Positions 49,496 through 58,203 of a DNA stretch of 64,000 bases are shown here, one piece after another. The notes beneath the pieces are model-generated. The model was not told where the DNA came from. It ran no database searches and saw only the letters and a program-made list of their open reading frames with translations. Each line of letters starts with the position of its first letter. Within the stretch, counting starts at the first letter, position 1. This DNA is from an uncultured Granulosicoccaceae bacterium (GTDB lineage Bacteria; Pseudomonadota; Gammaproteobacteria; CALCKW01). Both the position numbers and the translations under genes were made by a program. Location: contig CALAMQ010000004.1 of the NCBI GenBank assembly GCA_937925815.1, forward strand, positions 7,099 through 71,098. Direction: 5' to 3'.

Positions 49496-50800
49496 ATGAA
49501 AGATTTGACCCCGGACCGCAGCACACTCGAGCCAATCGAAGTCGCTTCACGAGATGAAATCGAGGCGCTGCAACTGACACGCATGCGCTGGTCGCTGCAA
49601 CACGCCTACGATAACGTCCCCCACTACACCAAGAGCTTTGACGACGCAGGCGTACACCCAAGCGACCTCACACACCTTTCAGATCTCGCGAAATTTCCGT
49701 TCACAGCCAAGCAAGACCTGCGCGACAACTACCCCTTTGGCATGTTCGCCGTGCCCGAATCAGACGTCGCACGCGTACACGCGTCGAGCGGCACCACCGG
49801 CAAGCCAACAGTCGTTGGCTACACCCAAGCAGACATCGACCTCTGGGCGCAGGTGGTGGCGCGCTCAATACGCGCCTCGGGCGGCAAGCCCGGCGACAAA
49901 GTGCACGTCGCCTACGGCTACGGTCTTTTTACCGGCGGCCTCGGTGCACACTATGGCGCCGAGAAGCTCGGCTGCACTGTGATCCCCGTCTCTGGCGGCA
50001 TGACAGAGCGCCAAGTGACGCTGATTCAAGATTTCCGCCCCGAAGTGATCATGGTCACGCCGTCCTACGCACTGAATTTACTCGACGCCTTCCAAGCTCA
50101 GGGCATCGACCCACGAGACACCAATTTACAAGTCGGGATATTCGGCGCTGAACCCTGGACACCCGCGATGCGCCGGGAAATTGAAGACGCTTTCGATATG
50201 CACGCAGTTGATATCTACGGCCTGTCAGAGATCATCGGTCCCGGGGTTGCAAACGAATGCGTTGAGACCAAAGACGGCCTGCACATCTGGGAAGACTTTT
50301 TCTACCCAGAAGTCATCAACCCAGAGACCGGCGAGGTGCTACCGGACGGTGAACAAGGTGAGCTGGTTTTCACGTCGCTAACCAAGCAAGCCTGCCCGAT
50401 CATACGCTACCGCACGCGTGACCTGACACGGTTGCTGCCCGGCACAGCACGCAGCATGCGCCGCATGGAGAAAGTCACAGGCCGGTCTGACGACATGTTG
50501 ATTTTGCGCGGCGTGAATGTGTTCCCAACTCAAATCGAAGAGCAAGTGCTTAAAGTCCAAGCGCTCTCACCCCACTACCAATTGCAACTTGACCGCGTAG
50601 ACCGACTCGACACCTTGACCGTGCGCGTTGAGAGCGAGCCTGGAACCGAGCACGAAGGTCGCGCGGCCGGGCAGCAATTGCAAGACCACATCAAATCGGT
50701 TGTCGGGGTCAGTTGCACGGTGGACGTCGGCGCGCCCGGCAGCGTTGCACGCAGCCAGGGCAAAGCCGTGCGTGTTGTCGACAACCGCTCCAAGGACTGA
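49496..50800 (+). CDS. paaK: phenylacetate-CoA ligase
   Basis: PaaK N-terminus (IEALQLTRMRWSLQHAYDNVPHYTKSFD, SSGTTGKPTVVGYT). I place the start at the ATG at 49496, which has a GGAG RBS; the ORF track's start lies inside paaJ. Confidence 0.9.
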   Translation: MKDLTPDRSTLEPIEVASRDEIEALQLTRMRWSLQHAYDNVPHYTKSFDDAGVHPSDLTHLSDLAKFPFTAKQDLRDNYPFGMFAVPESDVARVHASSGTTGKPTVVGYTQADIDLWAQVVARSIRASGGKPGDKVHVAYGYGLFTGGLGAHYGAEKLGCTVIPVSGGMTERQVTLIQDFRPEVIMVTPSYALNLLDAFQAQGIDPRDTNLQVGIFGAEPWTPAMRREIEDAFDMHAVDIYGLSEIIGPGVANECVETKDGLHIWEDFFYPEVINPETGEVLPDGEQGELVFTSLTKQACPIIRYRTRDLTRLLPGTARSMRRMEKVTGRSDDMLILRGVNVFPTQIEEQVLKVQALSPHYQLQLDRVDRLDTLTVRVESEPGTEHEGRAAGQQLQDHIKSVVGVSCTVDVGAPGSVARSQGKAVRVVDNRSKD

Positions 50801-50803
50801 CCG

Positions 50804-51414
50804 TGGCCAGACCCCGCGCACAAGACTGGCAGGATAAACGCGACGCCATTTTGCAGGCCGCAACTGTCGTATTCGCTCGCGACGGCTACCACGGTTCGAG
50901 CATCAGCGACGTCGCAGTTGAAGCGGCAACGTCAAAAGCCACCCTCTACCACTACTACACCAACAAGGATCAATTGCTGCACGCGGTGATTCACCGCCAC
51001 CTGAGTGACATCATCAACGCGCTTGATGCAGCACAAGATCCGAAACACAGCGGCGATGATCAACTCGCCGCCAACATCACAGCTTTGCTCGACACCTACC
51101 GCAACGCTGACGCACAACACCGAATCCAAGTGCACGACATGGGCTGCCTGCCAGACGATTTGTTGCGAGACTTGAAAAGACTTGAACGGCAAATCGTGGA
51201 CAGTTTTTCACACGCGCTGACGGTGGCACTGCCGGAATTCAGGCAGCAAATGCATTTGCTAAAACCTGTGACCATGTCACTGTTTGGCATGCTCAACTGG
51301 CATTACATGTGGTTTCGCCCCGGTGGCAAAATGAACCGCTCTCAATACAGCCAACTCGCGTGCACGTTGATTCTCGGCGGCGCACGCGATGCTCTGGCAA
51401 ACAAACAATTGTGA
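50804..51414 (+). CDS. TetR-family transcriptional regulator (candidate PaaR-type repressor of the paa operon)
   Basis: TetR HTH (DGYHGSSISDVAVEAATSKATLYHYYTNKDQL); 203 aa from the GTG at 50804, 3 nt after the paaK stop. Confidence 0.7.
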
Positions 51415-51522
51415 AAGACTTTCGCCACAACGTCATAAGAGACTGGCGGCCTGAGCAAGACAACGCACAGATTGTGCGGCATCATCAACGGGTAGAACCC
51501 AGCTTTTTCCGAGGAGAACACC

Positions 51523-52524
51523 ATGAAACGCAATCTCAGTCTTATCGCGGGCCTGTTACTCAGCACACAGGCGCACGCTCAAACCACCATCAACATCGGC
51601 ACATGGTTGTCTCCGGCGCACCCGCAAAACGCTATCGTGCTCGAGACTTGGAAGACGCAGCTCGAAGAGGCCAGTGACGGCCGCCTGACTGCCACGCTTG
51701 AGTACCACAACGGCCACCCAAAAGCCGTGTTTGACCAAGTCGAAGACGGCACCTACGACGTCGGCTGGAGCTTCCACGGCTATGTGCCGGGCCGTTTTCG
51801 TTTAACTGAGCTCGCGGAGCTGCCAGGCGCTAACGCAGGTGCGGGTGCAGCCTCGGTCGCCTACTGGCGCACCCACGAGCAATTTCTCGCCGGTGCCGGT
51901 GAGCACGACGGCCTCAAACTGATCGGCCTGTTCACTCACGGACCGGGTCAAATACACATGACGCAGCCAATCGAGTCACTCGCCGACATGCAGGGCAAGA
52001 AAATTCGGGTCGGCGGCGGCATTCAGTCTGTGCTCGCCGAGCGCATGGGGATCACCGCGGTGCCAGCACCGGGCTCGAAGGTTTATGAAATTCTGCAACA
52101 GGGCGTGGCCGACGGCGTGTTCATGCCTGCCGGTGAGCAAGCGACCTTGCGGTTGTCTGAAGTGGCACCGAACCTCTACCTTTTTCCAGGTGGCATGTAC
52201 CTTGGCAGCTTCGGCATTTTCATGAACGAAGACTTCTTCGCCGATCTCTCGCCGGAAGACCAAGAGGCGCTGATGAGCGTGTCTGGTGAATCCCTGTCAA
52301 AGCTCGCAGGCACTGTGTGGGAGGCCAACGACAAAGCTGGGCTCGAGCAAGCCAAAAACTCTGGCAACAACGTTGTTGAGATGGGTCAAGCTGACATCGA
52401 CGCGCTTGCAGAACTCACCGCTGACCTCGACGACAGCTTCAAGGCCAAAGTCGAAGACACCGGCGTAGACGTCGAGGCGGCCATGGCGTTTTTCCGCGAA
52501 ACTGCACAGTCACTTGAAAACTGA
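51523..52524 (+). CDS. TRAP transporter substrate-binding protein (DctP family)
   Basis: Signal peptide, 333 aa; followed by small and large TRAP permease genes. Confidence 0.75.
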   Translation: MKRNLSLIAGLLLSTQAHAQTTINIGTWLSPAHPQNAIVLETWKTQLEEASDGRLTATLEYHNGHPKAVFDQVEDGTYDVGWSFHGYVPGRFRLTELAELPGANAGAGAASVAYWRTHEQFLAGAGEHDGLKLIGLFTHGPGQIHMTQPIESLADMQGKKIRVGGGIQSVLAERMGITAVPAPGSKVYEILQQGVADGVFMPAGEQATLRLSEVAPNLYLFPGGMYLGSFGIFMNEDFFADLSPEDQEALMSVSGESLSKLAGTVWEANDKAGLEQAKNSGNNVVEMGQADIDALAELTADLDDSFKAKVEDTGVDVEAAMAFFRETAQSLEN

Positions 52525-52549
52525 GTGACACCGACAATCAACAACACGG

Positions 52550-53050
52550 TTGAGGCCAATGCGTCAGATAGTTAACGGACTCTCCGCGTTGTTGCAAAAT
52601 ATCAGCGCCATCATTTTGATGGCGCTGATGATCATGACTAGCGTGGACGTGGTCGGTCGCTACGGTTTTAACAGCCCACTCAAAGGCGGCACCGAGCTGA
52701 CCGAATTTGCGCTCTCCGCGTTGATTTTCTGCGCGCTGCCCATCGTTACGCTGACCGGCGGTCACGTGGTTGTTGAGCTGCTCAATTGGCGCGTGTCCAA
52801 AGTGTGGGCCGCGCGCGCCAATCGGCTGCTGTTCGCCATGATCGCCACCGTCTCAGGCGCGCTCGCATGGGGCGTGTACAAACTCGCTGCGCGTTCGGTC
52901 AAGCGCAACGAACTCTCCGAGTACCTGCAAATTCCAGTGGGCTACGTGCAATACATCGCTGTTGGCTGCCTCGCAATAACAGCGCTGCTGTGCGCGTGGA
53001 AATGCCTGGCCCCTGACAACTCAACTGACGTCACACCTCCCCTCTCTTGA
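52550..53050 (+). CDS. TRAP transporter small permease (DctQ-like)
   Basis: 166 aa, 4 TM helices, located between the SBP and the DctM gene. Confidence 0.75.
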   Translation: MRPMRQIVNGLSALLQNISAIILMALMIMTSVDVVGRYGFNSPLKGGTELTEFALSALIFCALPIVTLTGGHVVVELLNWRVSKVWAARANRLLFAMIATVSGALAWGVYKLAARSVKRNELSEYLQIPVGYVQYIAVGCLAITALLCAWKCLAPDNSTDVTPPLS

Positions 53051-53072
53051 TGAACTGTCCAGTGATACGCCC

Positions 53073-54398
53073 ATGATTACCGCTCTCATCGGATTCGCCA
53101 TTCTGGGTGTCCTGATACTTGCGCGGGTGCCAATTGCCTTCGCCATGGGGTTGGTGGGGTTTTTTGGCTTCGCCATCGAGCGCGGCCTGACCTTCGAGAC
53201 GTTTTTTGATTTCCGCTGGAAAGTCCCGTTGTCGATGGTCTCAAGCCACGTGGTCTACACCACGCAGGAATACGGCCTGTCCGTCATCCCACTCTTCGTG
53301 CTCATGGGCAATTTTGTGGGTCGCTCTGGATTGGCCGCTGAACTCTACGGCGCAGCCTATGCATGGCTCGGCCACCGCAGAGGCGGGCTTGCCATGTCTA
53401 CCGTGCTGGCCTGTGGTGGCTTTTCCGCCATTTGCGGCTCCTCGCTTGCAACCGCCGCCACCATGTCACGCGTCGCCATTCCACCGATGCGAAAATTTCA
53501 GTACCACGATTCACTTGCCACAGCGTCCATCGCAGCGGGCGGCACCCTTGGCATTTTGATTCCACCAAGCGTGATTTTGATCATCTACGGTGTCTTCACC
53601 GAAACCAGTATCCGAGAGCTTTTCGCAGCCGGCGTAGTGCCGGGCCTGCTCGGGATTTTGCTATACGTCTTGGCGGTGCGCTACGTCGTCTGGCGCAACC
53701 CTGAAGCTGGTCCACCTGGGGACGCCACGCCGCGCGCCGAGCGCTGGCGGGCACTGGCGCGCGTCTACGGTGTGCTCGCGCTGTTTATCCTCGTCATTGG
53801 CGGCATCTACGCCGGGATATTCACACCCACCGAAGCTGCAGGCATTGGCGCGAGCGGCGCGTTTTTGATTGCGCTCGCCAAACGCAGTTTAACTATCCCC
53901 GTTCTGATGGAGATTTTGCGCGATTCGGTCAAGACATCCACCATGCTGTTTGCGATCTTGATTGGCGCCCTGACGCTCTCAAGCTTTGTCACGCGTACCG
54001 GTTTTCCAAACCTACTCGGTGAATGGCTCGCATCCCTTGGCGTACCCGCCATGGTGACGCTGCTCGCTATGCTCGCGATTTACATCCTGCTCGGCATGAT
54101 CCTCGAGAGCTTGTCGATGCTGTTGCTCACCCTGCCAGTGTTCTTCCCAATCGTGCAACAGCTCGGATTCGATCCAGTGTGGTTTGGTATCGTTGTCGTA
54201 GTGGTCACTGAGATCAGCTTGATCACGCCACCTGTTGGGTTAAATGTGTTTGTGCTGTCGGCGATGGTGCCTGACATCAAGACGCGCACCATTTTCCGGG
54301 GAGTGGTGCCGTTCTGGATTGTAGACATCGTGCGCCTCGCGCTGCTTGTCGCCATTCCCGCGCTGTCCCTGTGGTTGCCAGGCCTACTCTACCCCTAA
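53073..54398 (+). CDS. TRAP transporter large permease (DctM-like)
   Basis: 441 aa, about 12 TM helices, DctM-type N-terminus MITALIGFAILGVLILARVPIAFAMG. Confidence 0.9.
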   Translation: MITALIGFAILGVLILARVPIAFAMGLVGFFGFAIERGLTFETFFDFRWKVPLSMVSSHVVYTTQEYGLSVIPLFVLMGNFVGRSGLAAELYGAAYAWLGHRRGGLAMSTVLACGGFSAICGSSLATAATMSRVAIPPMRKFQYHDSLATASIAAGGTLGILIPPSVILIIYGVFTETSIRELFAAGVVPGLLGILLYVLAVRYVVWRNPEAGPPGDATPRAERWRALARVYGVLALFILVIGGIYAGIFTPTEAAGIGASGAFLIALAKRSLTIPVLMEILRDSVKTSTMLFAILIGALTLSSFVTRTGFPNLLGEWLASLGVPAMVTLLAMLAIYILLGMILESLSMLLLTLPVFFPIVQQLGFDPVWFGIVVVVVTEISLITPPVGLNVFVLSAMVPDIKTRTIFRGVVPFWIVDIVRLALLVAIPALSLWLPGLLYP

Positions 54399-54479
54399 CC
54401 CAGCTGAGTGACGGCGACCCACTTGGCTTCACCAGACGCCAAGTTGAACCGCCACGCGCGAGGTTCAAAAGGAGGCACT

Positions 54480-55568
54480 ATGTCATCTGACTGTATCGCC
54501 GAAGTGTTGCTGCCAACGCAAGAGTTGCGCGACGACTTGCCGTTTTTCACCCAAGTACTGGGTATGCGACTTGAGACAATCTTCCCAGCCGACGACCCAT
54601 CTGTTGCGAGCTTCTCAGGTCACGGCCTGCGCGTGCGAATAGAAAAAGGCGCTGACGTGCCGCCCGGTCGCATTCGTATTATGACCGACCACCCCGAGCA
54701 ATTCGCCGGCGGCACGTTAAAGCTGACCGCACCCAACGGCACCGAAGTGGTCGTTGTCCCCAAGACGCCCGTGGCGCAGATTCCTGAGATACAACACGAA
54801 TTCACGGTCAGACGGCTCAAAGACAACGCGCCGTGGATTATCGGGCGCGCCGGCATGCACTACCGCGACCTCATCGAATCACGCTTGGGCGGTTCGATCA
54901 TCGCAAGCCACATCCGCATCCCAGATGGCGGCCCGGTGCCAGACTCGGTGCACTACCACACCGTCGGCTTCCAATTGATCTTCTGTTACAAGGGCTGGGT
55001 GGACGTGCTCTACGAAGACCAGGGCGACACCCTCCGCCTGCACGCAGGTGACTGCGTCACCCAGCCCCCTGGCATACGCCACCGTGTGGTCGAAGCGTCG
55101 GCGGAGATCGAGGTCATTGAAATCGGTGTGCCAGCGGAACACATCACCACAATTGACCACGACTTCACGCTGCCAAATGGCAAGGGCGACCCCAGCCGCG
55201 AATGGGAGGGCCAAACCTTCGTGCATCACGTCAAGGCTAACGCGCGCTGGGCACCGTTTCGCCTGCCGGGTTTTGTCGCCCGCGACACCGGTGTGACGCA
55301 TGGCACCAAAGGCGTCGCTGGCATCCACATCGCAACCTTCGACGGCGGTGACACCCGCGCAGCTGTGCACGACGCCGACATTCATTTCACCTTCGTGATG
55401 ACTGGCGGGCTGACGTTGATCGCAGCAGGCCAGCCGTCAGTGCAACTCGAGGCCGGCGATGCGTTTGTGATCCCGCCTGGCCTCGCAGCGCAATACACCG
55501 ATTGCAGCGACGACCTCGAGTTGTTGGAAGTGGCCCTGCGAGGTGACTTTGTCACCACCCTGTGTTGA
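54480..55568 (+). CDS. bicupin-domain protein of unknown specificity
   Basis: Two cupin-like barrels, each with conserved His (HYHTVGFQLIFCYKG and HDADIHFTFVMTGG), preceded by a VOC/glyoxalase-like N-terminal segment. I place the start at the ATG at 54480, which has an AAAGGAGG RBS. Confidence 0.55.
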   Translation: MSSDCIAEVLLPTQELRDDLPFFTQVLGMRLETIFPADDPSVASFSGHGLRVRIEKGADVPPGRIRIMTDHPEQFAGGTLKLTAPNGTEVVVVPKTPVAQIPEIQHEFTVRRLKDNAPWIIGRAGMHYRDLIESRLGGSIIASHIRIPDGGPVPDSVHYHTVGFQLIFCYKGWVDVLYEDQGDTLRLHAGDCVTQPPGIRHRVVEASAEIEVIEIGVPAEHITTIDHDFTLPNGKGDPSREWEGQTFVHHVKANARWAPFRLPGFVARDTGVTHGTKGVAGIHIATFDGGDTRAAVHDADIHFTFVMTGGLTLIAAGQPSVQLEAGDAFVIPPGLAAQYTDCSDDLELLEVALRGDFVTTLC

Positions 55569-55685
55569 TCGTGCATCATCATCAAACCGCCTGACCAACT
55601 TTGATCAGCAACAGACGTTTGCTGTCGAATTCGGGCGCGTAACACCCTAAAGTTTTCATACCTGCCACCGCGAGGAACCGATGTA

Positions 55686-57662
55686 ATGCCTCCCGCCCCC
55701 AGTTCAAACCTGAACACGTTTCGTCACCTGTGTTGCGGCCTGTTGGCGGTATTCGCGCTCGGTGCATGCAGCGTCGCACCCACGCGCCCCACGCTCAACG
55801 ACGCCGCCCTTCCAGAACTCGTGCCCATTCGCGCATTCACCGCCAATGTCGACCACATCGACGGCTTCGAAGTGTCACCTGACGGCCGCAAGCTGCTCTG
55901 GAACGGCGTCAGTCGCTTGCGGCCAGCGCTCAAGTGGCGCGATCTCGAAACCGGCGAGACCGGCGTAAAACGTTTCAAATCGCGCTCGCCCAACGCGTTT
56001 TGGGCGGCTGACAGTCAACACATTCTCTACAGCTCAGACAACGGAGGCCGCGAGAACTACCGGGTTGTGGCCTGGGACACCGCCAGCAACACGCAGGCGG
56101 CGATCACGCCACCCGGTGACGTTGTCGCCTACGTCGTGCACGTGCCCCACGCGGCATCTGAAGACATTTATATCGCGCACAACGGCCGCGACCGGCAGTG
56201 GTTTGACCTCTACCGCTACAACCTCGCGACTCAAAAAGTCGTACTGCAAAGTGAGAACCTAGACGCCGTCGTCACACGCATGGTCGATGACAGTGGTCGT
56301 GAACGCTTGCGCGTGCGACTAGACGGTGACGACTTCATTGCCGAAATCAATGAACACGGCACATTCCGCGAACTGCTGCGTCATGATCACTTTAGCAATT
56401 GGTACCCCATCGATTTAAGCCAAGATGAAAGCAGTGTGTTGGCGCTGAGCAACCGTAACCGCGACAAGCTCGCTTTGGTGTCAACGCGACTCTCGGACGG
56501 ACGCGAGTCTGTGCTGCTAGAACACCCGCGTGTGGACATTGGCAATGTCTCAATAAACTATGACACTAAGGAGCTCGTCTACTATCAAAACTACGACGGC
56601 TACCCACAAGACGTCGCGGTTGACCCTGCTATCAAGCAATTGCTCGCACCATTGCGAAGCGACTCGCCACACAGCATCAACATCACGAGCATCAGCCGTG
56701 ACCGCAAGACTGGCACCGTCCAGCACTACGACCACACGGGTTCAACTCACTATTTGATCGAAGGCGGCGGCACATCACTCACTGAACTCGGGCAGTCACC
56801 GAGTCGCAAGCGCGCGGATGTCTGGACCAACACCGAACCCTTCAGCATTCCGGCGCGAGACGGACTGATGCTGCACGGTTACCTCACGCGCCCCAAGCTT
56901 TCGCCAGTTGCCGGCCCGGTACCCACCGTGGTGCACGTTCACGGCGGCCCGTGGGCGCGCGACTACTGGGGTTACGGCGACATGCGCCAGATGCTCGCAA
57001 ACCGCGGCTACGCGGTTTTGCAGGTGAACTTCCGTGGGTCCACAGGCTACGGCCGTGCGCACCGCGACGCTGCCAAGGGTGAGTTTGCCGGCAAGATGCA
57101 CACAGACTTAACTGATGCGTTGGATTGGGCGGTGGCCTCTGGTGTTGCGGACCCCGACAAAGTGGCCATCATGGGCGGCAGTTACGGCGGCTACGCCACG
57201 CTCGTTGGCTTGGCTTTCACACCGGAGCGCTTTGCGTGTGGCATCGACGTGGTTGGACCATCGGATCTCGCCTCACTGCTCGAGGACGCGCCCGCACACT
57301 GGCAACCGCACATGCCATTTTGGCACGCCTTTGTCGGTGACCCCGCCGTCCCAGCAGAGCGCACGGCGCTCGACAGCCGCTCACCACTGTACCGCGCAAG
57401 CCACGTGCAAAGCCCCGTTATGATCGTGCACGGCCGCAATGACCCACGGGTCAAAATCGATCAATCAGACCGCATGGTCAAGGCGCTGCGAGAGGCTGGA
57501 AAAGATGTGATTTACAAAACCGTGGAAGACGAGGGGCACGGCTTTTCACATTGGAAAAACCAGCTTGCCTACTTCCGAGACGTGGAAGACTTTCTCGCCG
57601 ATTGCCTCGGTGGGCGAAGCAGTGGATTCGACTTCTTTGAGCTTGGGTCCTGGGCGTTTTAG
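55686..57662 (+). CDS. S9-family serine peptidase (prolyl oligopeptidase / acylaminoacyl-peptidase-like), probable lipoprotein
   Basis: N-terminal beta-propeller region and C-terminal alpha/beta-hydrolase domain with GGSYGGY nucleophile elbow, HGRNDPRV Asp and a C-terminal GHGF His. Signal peptide ending LGAC. Lower GC than the flanks. Confidence 0.85.
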   Translation: MPPAPSSNLNTFRHLCCGLLAVFALGACSVAPTRPTLNDAALPELVPIRAFTANVDHIDGFEVSPDGRKLLWNGVSRLRPALKWRDLETGETGVKRFKSRSPNAFWAADSQHILYSSDNGGRENYRVVAWDTASNTQAAITPPGDVVAYVVHVPHAASEDIYIAHNGRDRQWFDLYRYNLATQKVVLQSENLDAVVTRMVDDSGRERLRVRLDGDDFIAEINEHGTFRELLRHDHFSNWYPIDLSQDESSVLALSNRNRDKLALVSTRLSDGRESVLLEHPRVDIGNVSINYDTKELVYYQNYDGYPQDVAVDPAIKQLLAPLRSDSPHSINITSISRDRKTGTVQHYDHTGSTHYLIEGGGTSLTELGQSPSRKRADVWTNTEPFSIPARDGLMLHGYLTRPKLSPVAGPVPTVVHVHGGPWARDYWGYGDMRQMLANRGYAVLQVNFRGSTGYGRAHRDAAKGEFAGKMHTDLTDALDWAVASGVADPDKVAIMGGSYGGYATLVGLAFTPERFACGIDVVGPSDLASLLEDAPAHWQPHMPFWHAFVGDPAVPAERTALDSRSPLYRASHVQSPVMIVHGRNDPRVKIDQSDRMVKALREAGKDVIYKTVEDEGHGFSHWKNQLAYFRDVEDFLADCLGGRSSGFDFFELGSWAF

Positions 57663-57667
57663 AACCC

Positions 57668-58108
57668 TTAACTGCACTCGCTAGGCAGTGCGTCTTCTGG
57701 CACTGCCGAAGAAGCGAGACTGTGATTCTGGCAGCTCCAGGTCACCGCATAATCTGACGAGGTGTCGGGCGTCAGGAAAATGATTTTGTTTTCCAAACTG
57801 GCCCCGGCGCCTGGGCCAAACCACGCTTCAAGTGAACCGTTATTCGGTGCCCACTTGATGCGAATGATGTCTGCATCCGAGGACAAATCCTCGAAATAGA
57901 CCTCATCTGCGGCTGGAAAAGATCCCTCGAGATCGAACTCGTTCATCAGGGCGTTTTTTTGCGATGTCAACATGGTCAAGCCATTTGTCACCACGCCCTT
58001 CTGGACGTAACCACGGTAACTGGGCACCGCAATCGATGCGAGCAACGCCGCCACCGCAAGCGTGATCATGAGTTCGATCAATGAAAAACCGCGACCTGAG
58101 CTGTGCAT
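57668..58108 (-). CDS. type IVa pilin (prepilin with N-terminal methylation domain and C-terminal disulfide loop)
   Basis: Leader MHSSGRG then FSLIELMITLAVAALLASIAVPSYRGY; C-terminal Cys pair (TWSCQNHS...PSEC); about 50% GC. I place the start at the ATG at 58106-58108. Confidence 0.75.
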   Translation of the reverse strand: MHSSGRGFSLIELMITLAVAALLASIAVPSYRGYVQKGVVTNGLTMLTSQKNALMNEFDLEGSFPAADEVYFEDLSSDADIIRIKWAPNNGSLEAWFGPGAGASLENKIIFLTPDTSSDYAVTWSCQNHSLASSAVPEDALPSECS

Positions 58109-58203
58109 TCTGGAAGTTCTCCCGAGTCCATATCGGGTGACGGCACGCAGCGGCGAGACTTGAGCACCGAGCCCGCGCCGCACTGGCTCTGAACTGCCGA
58201 GGA

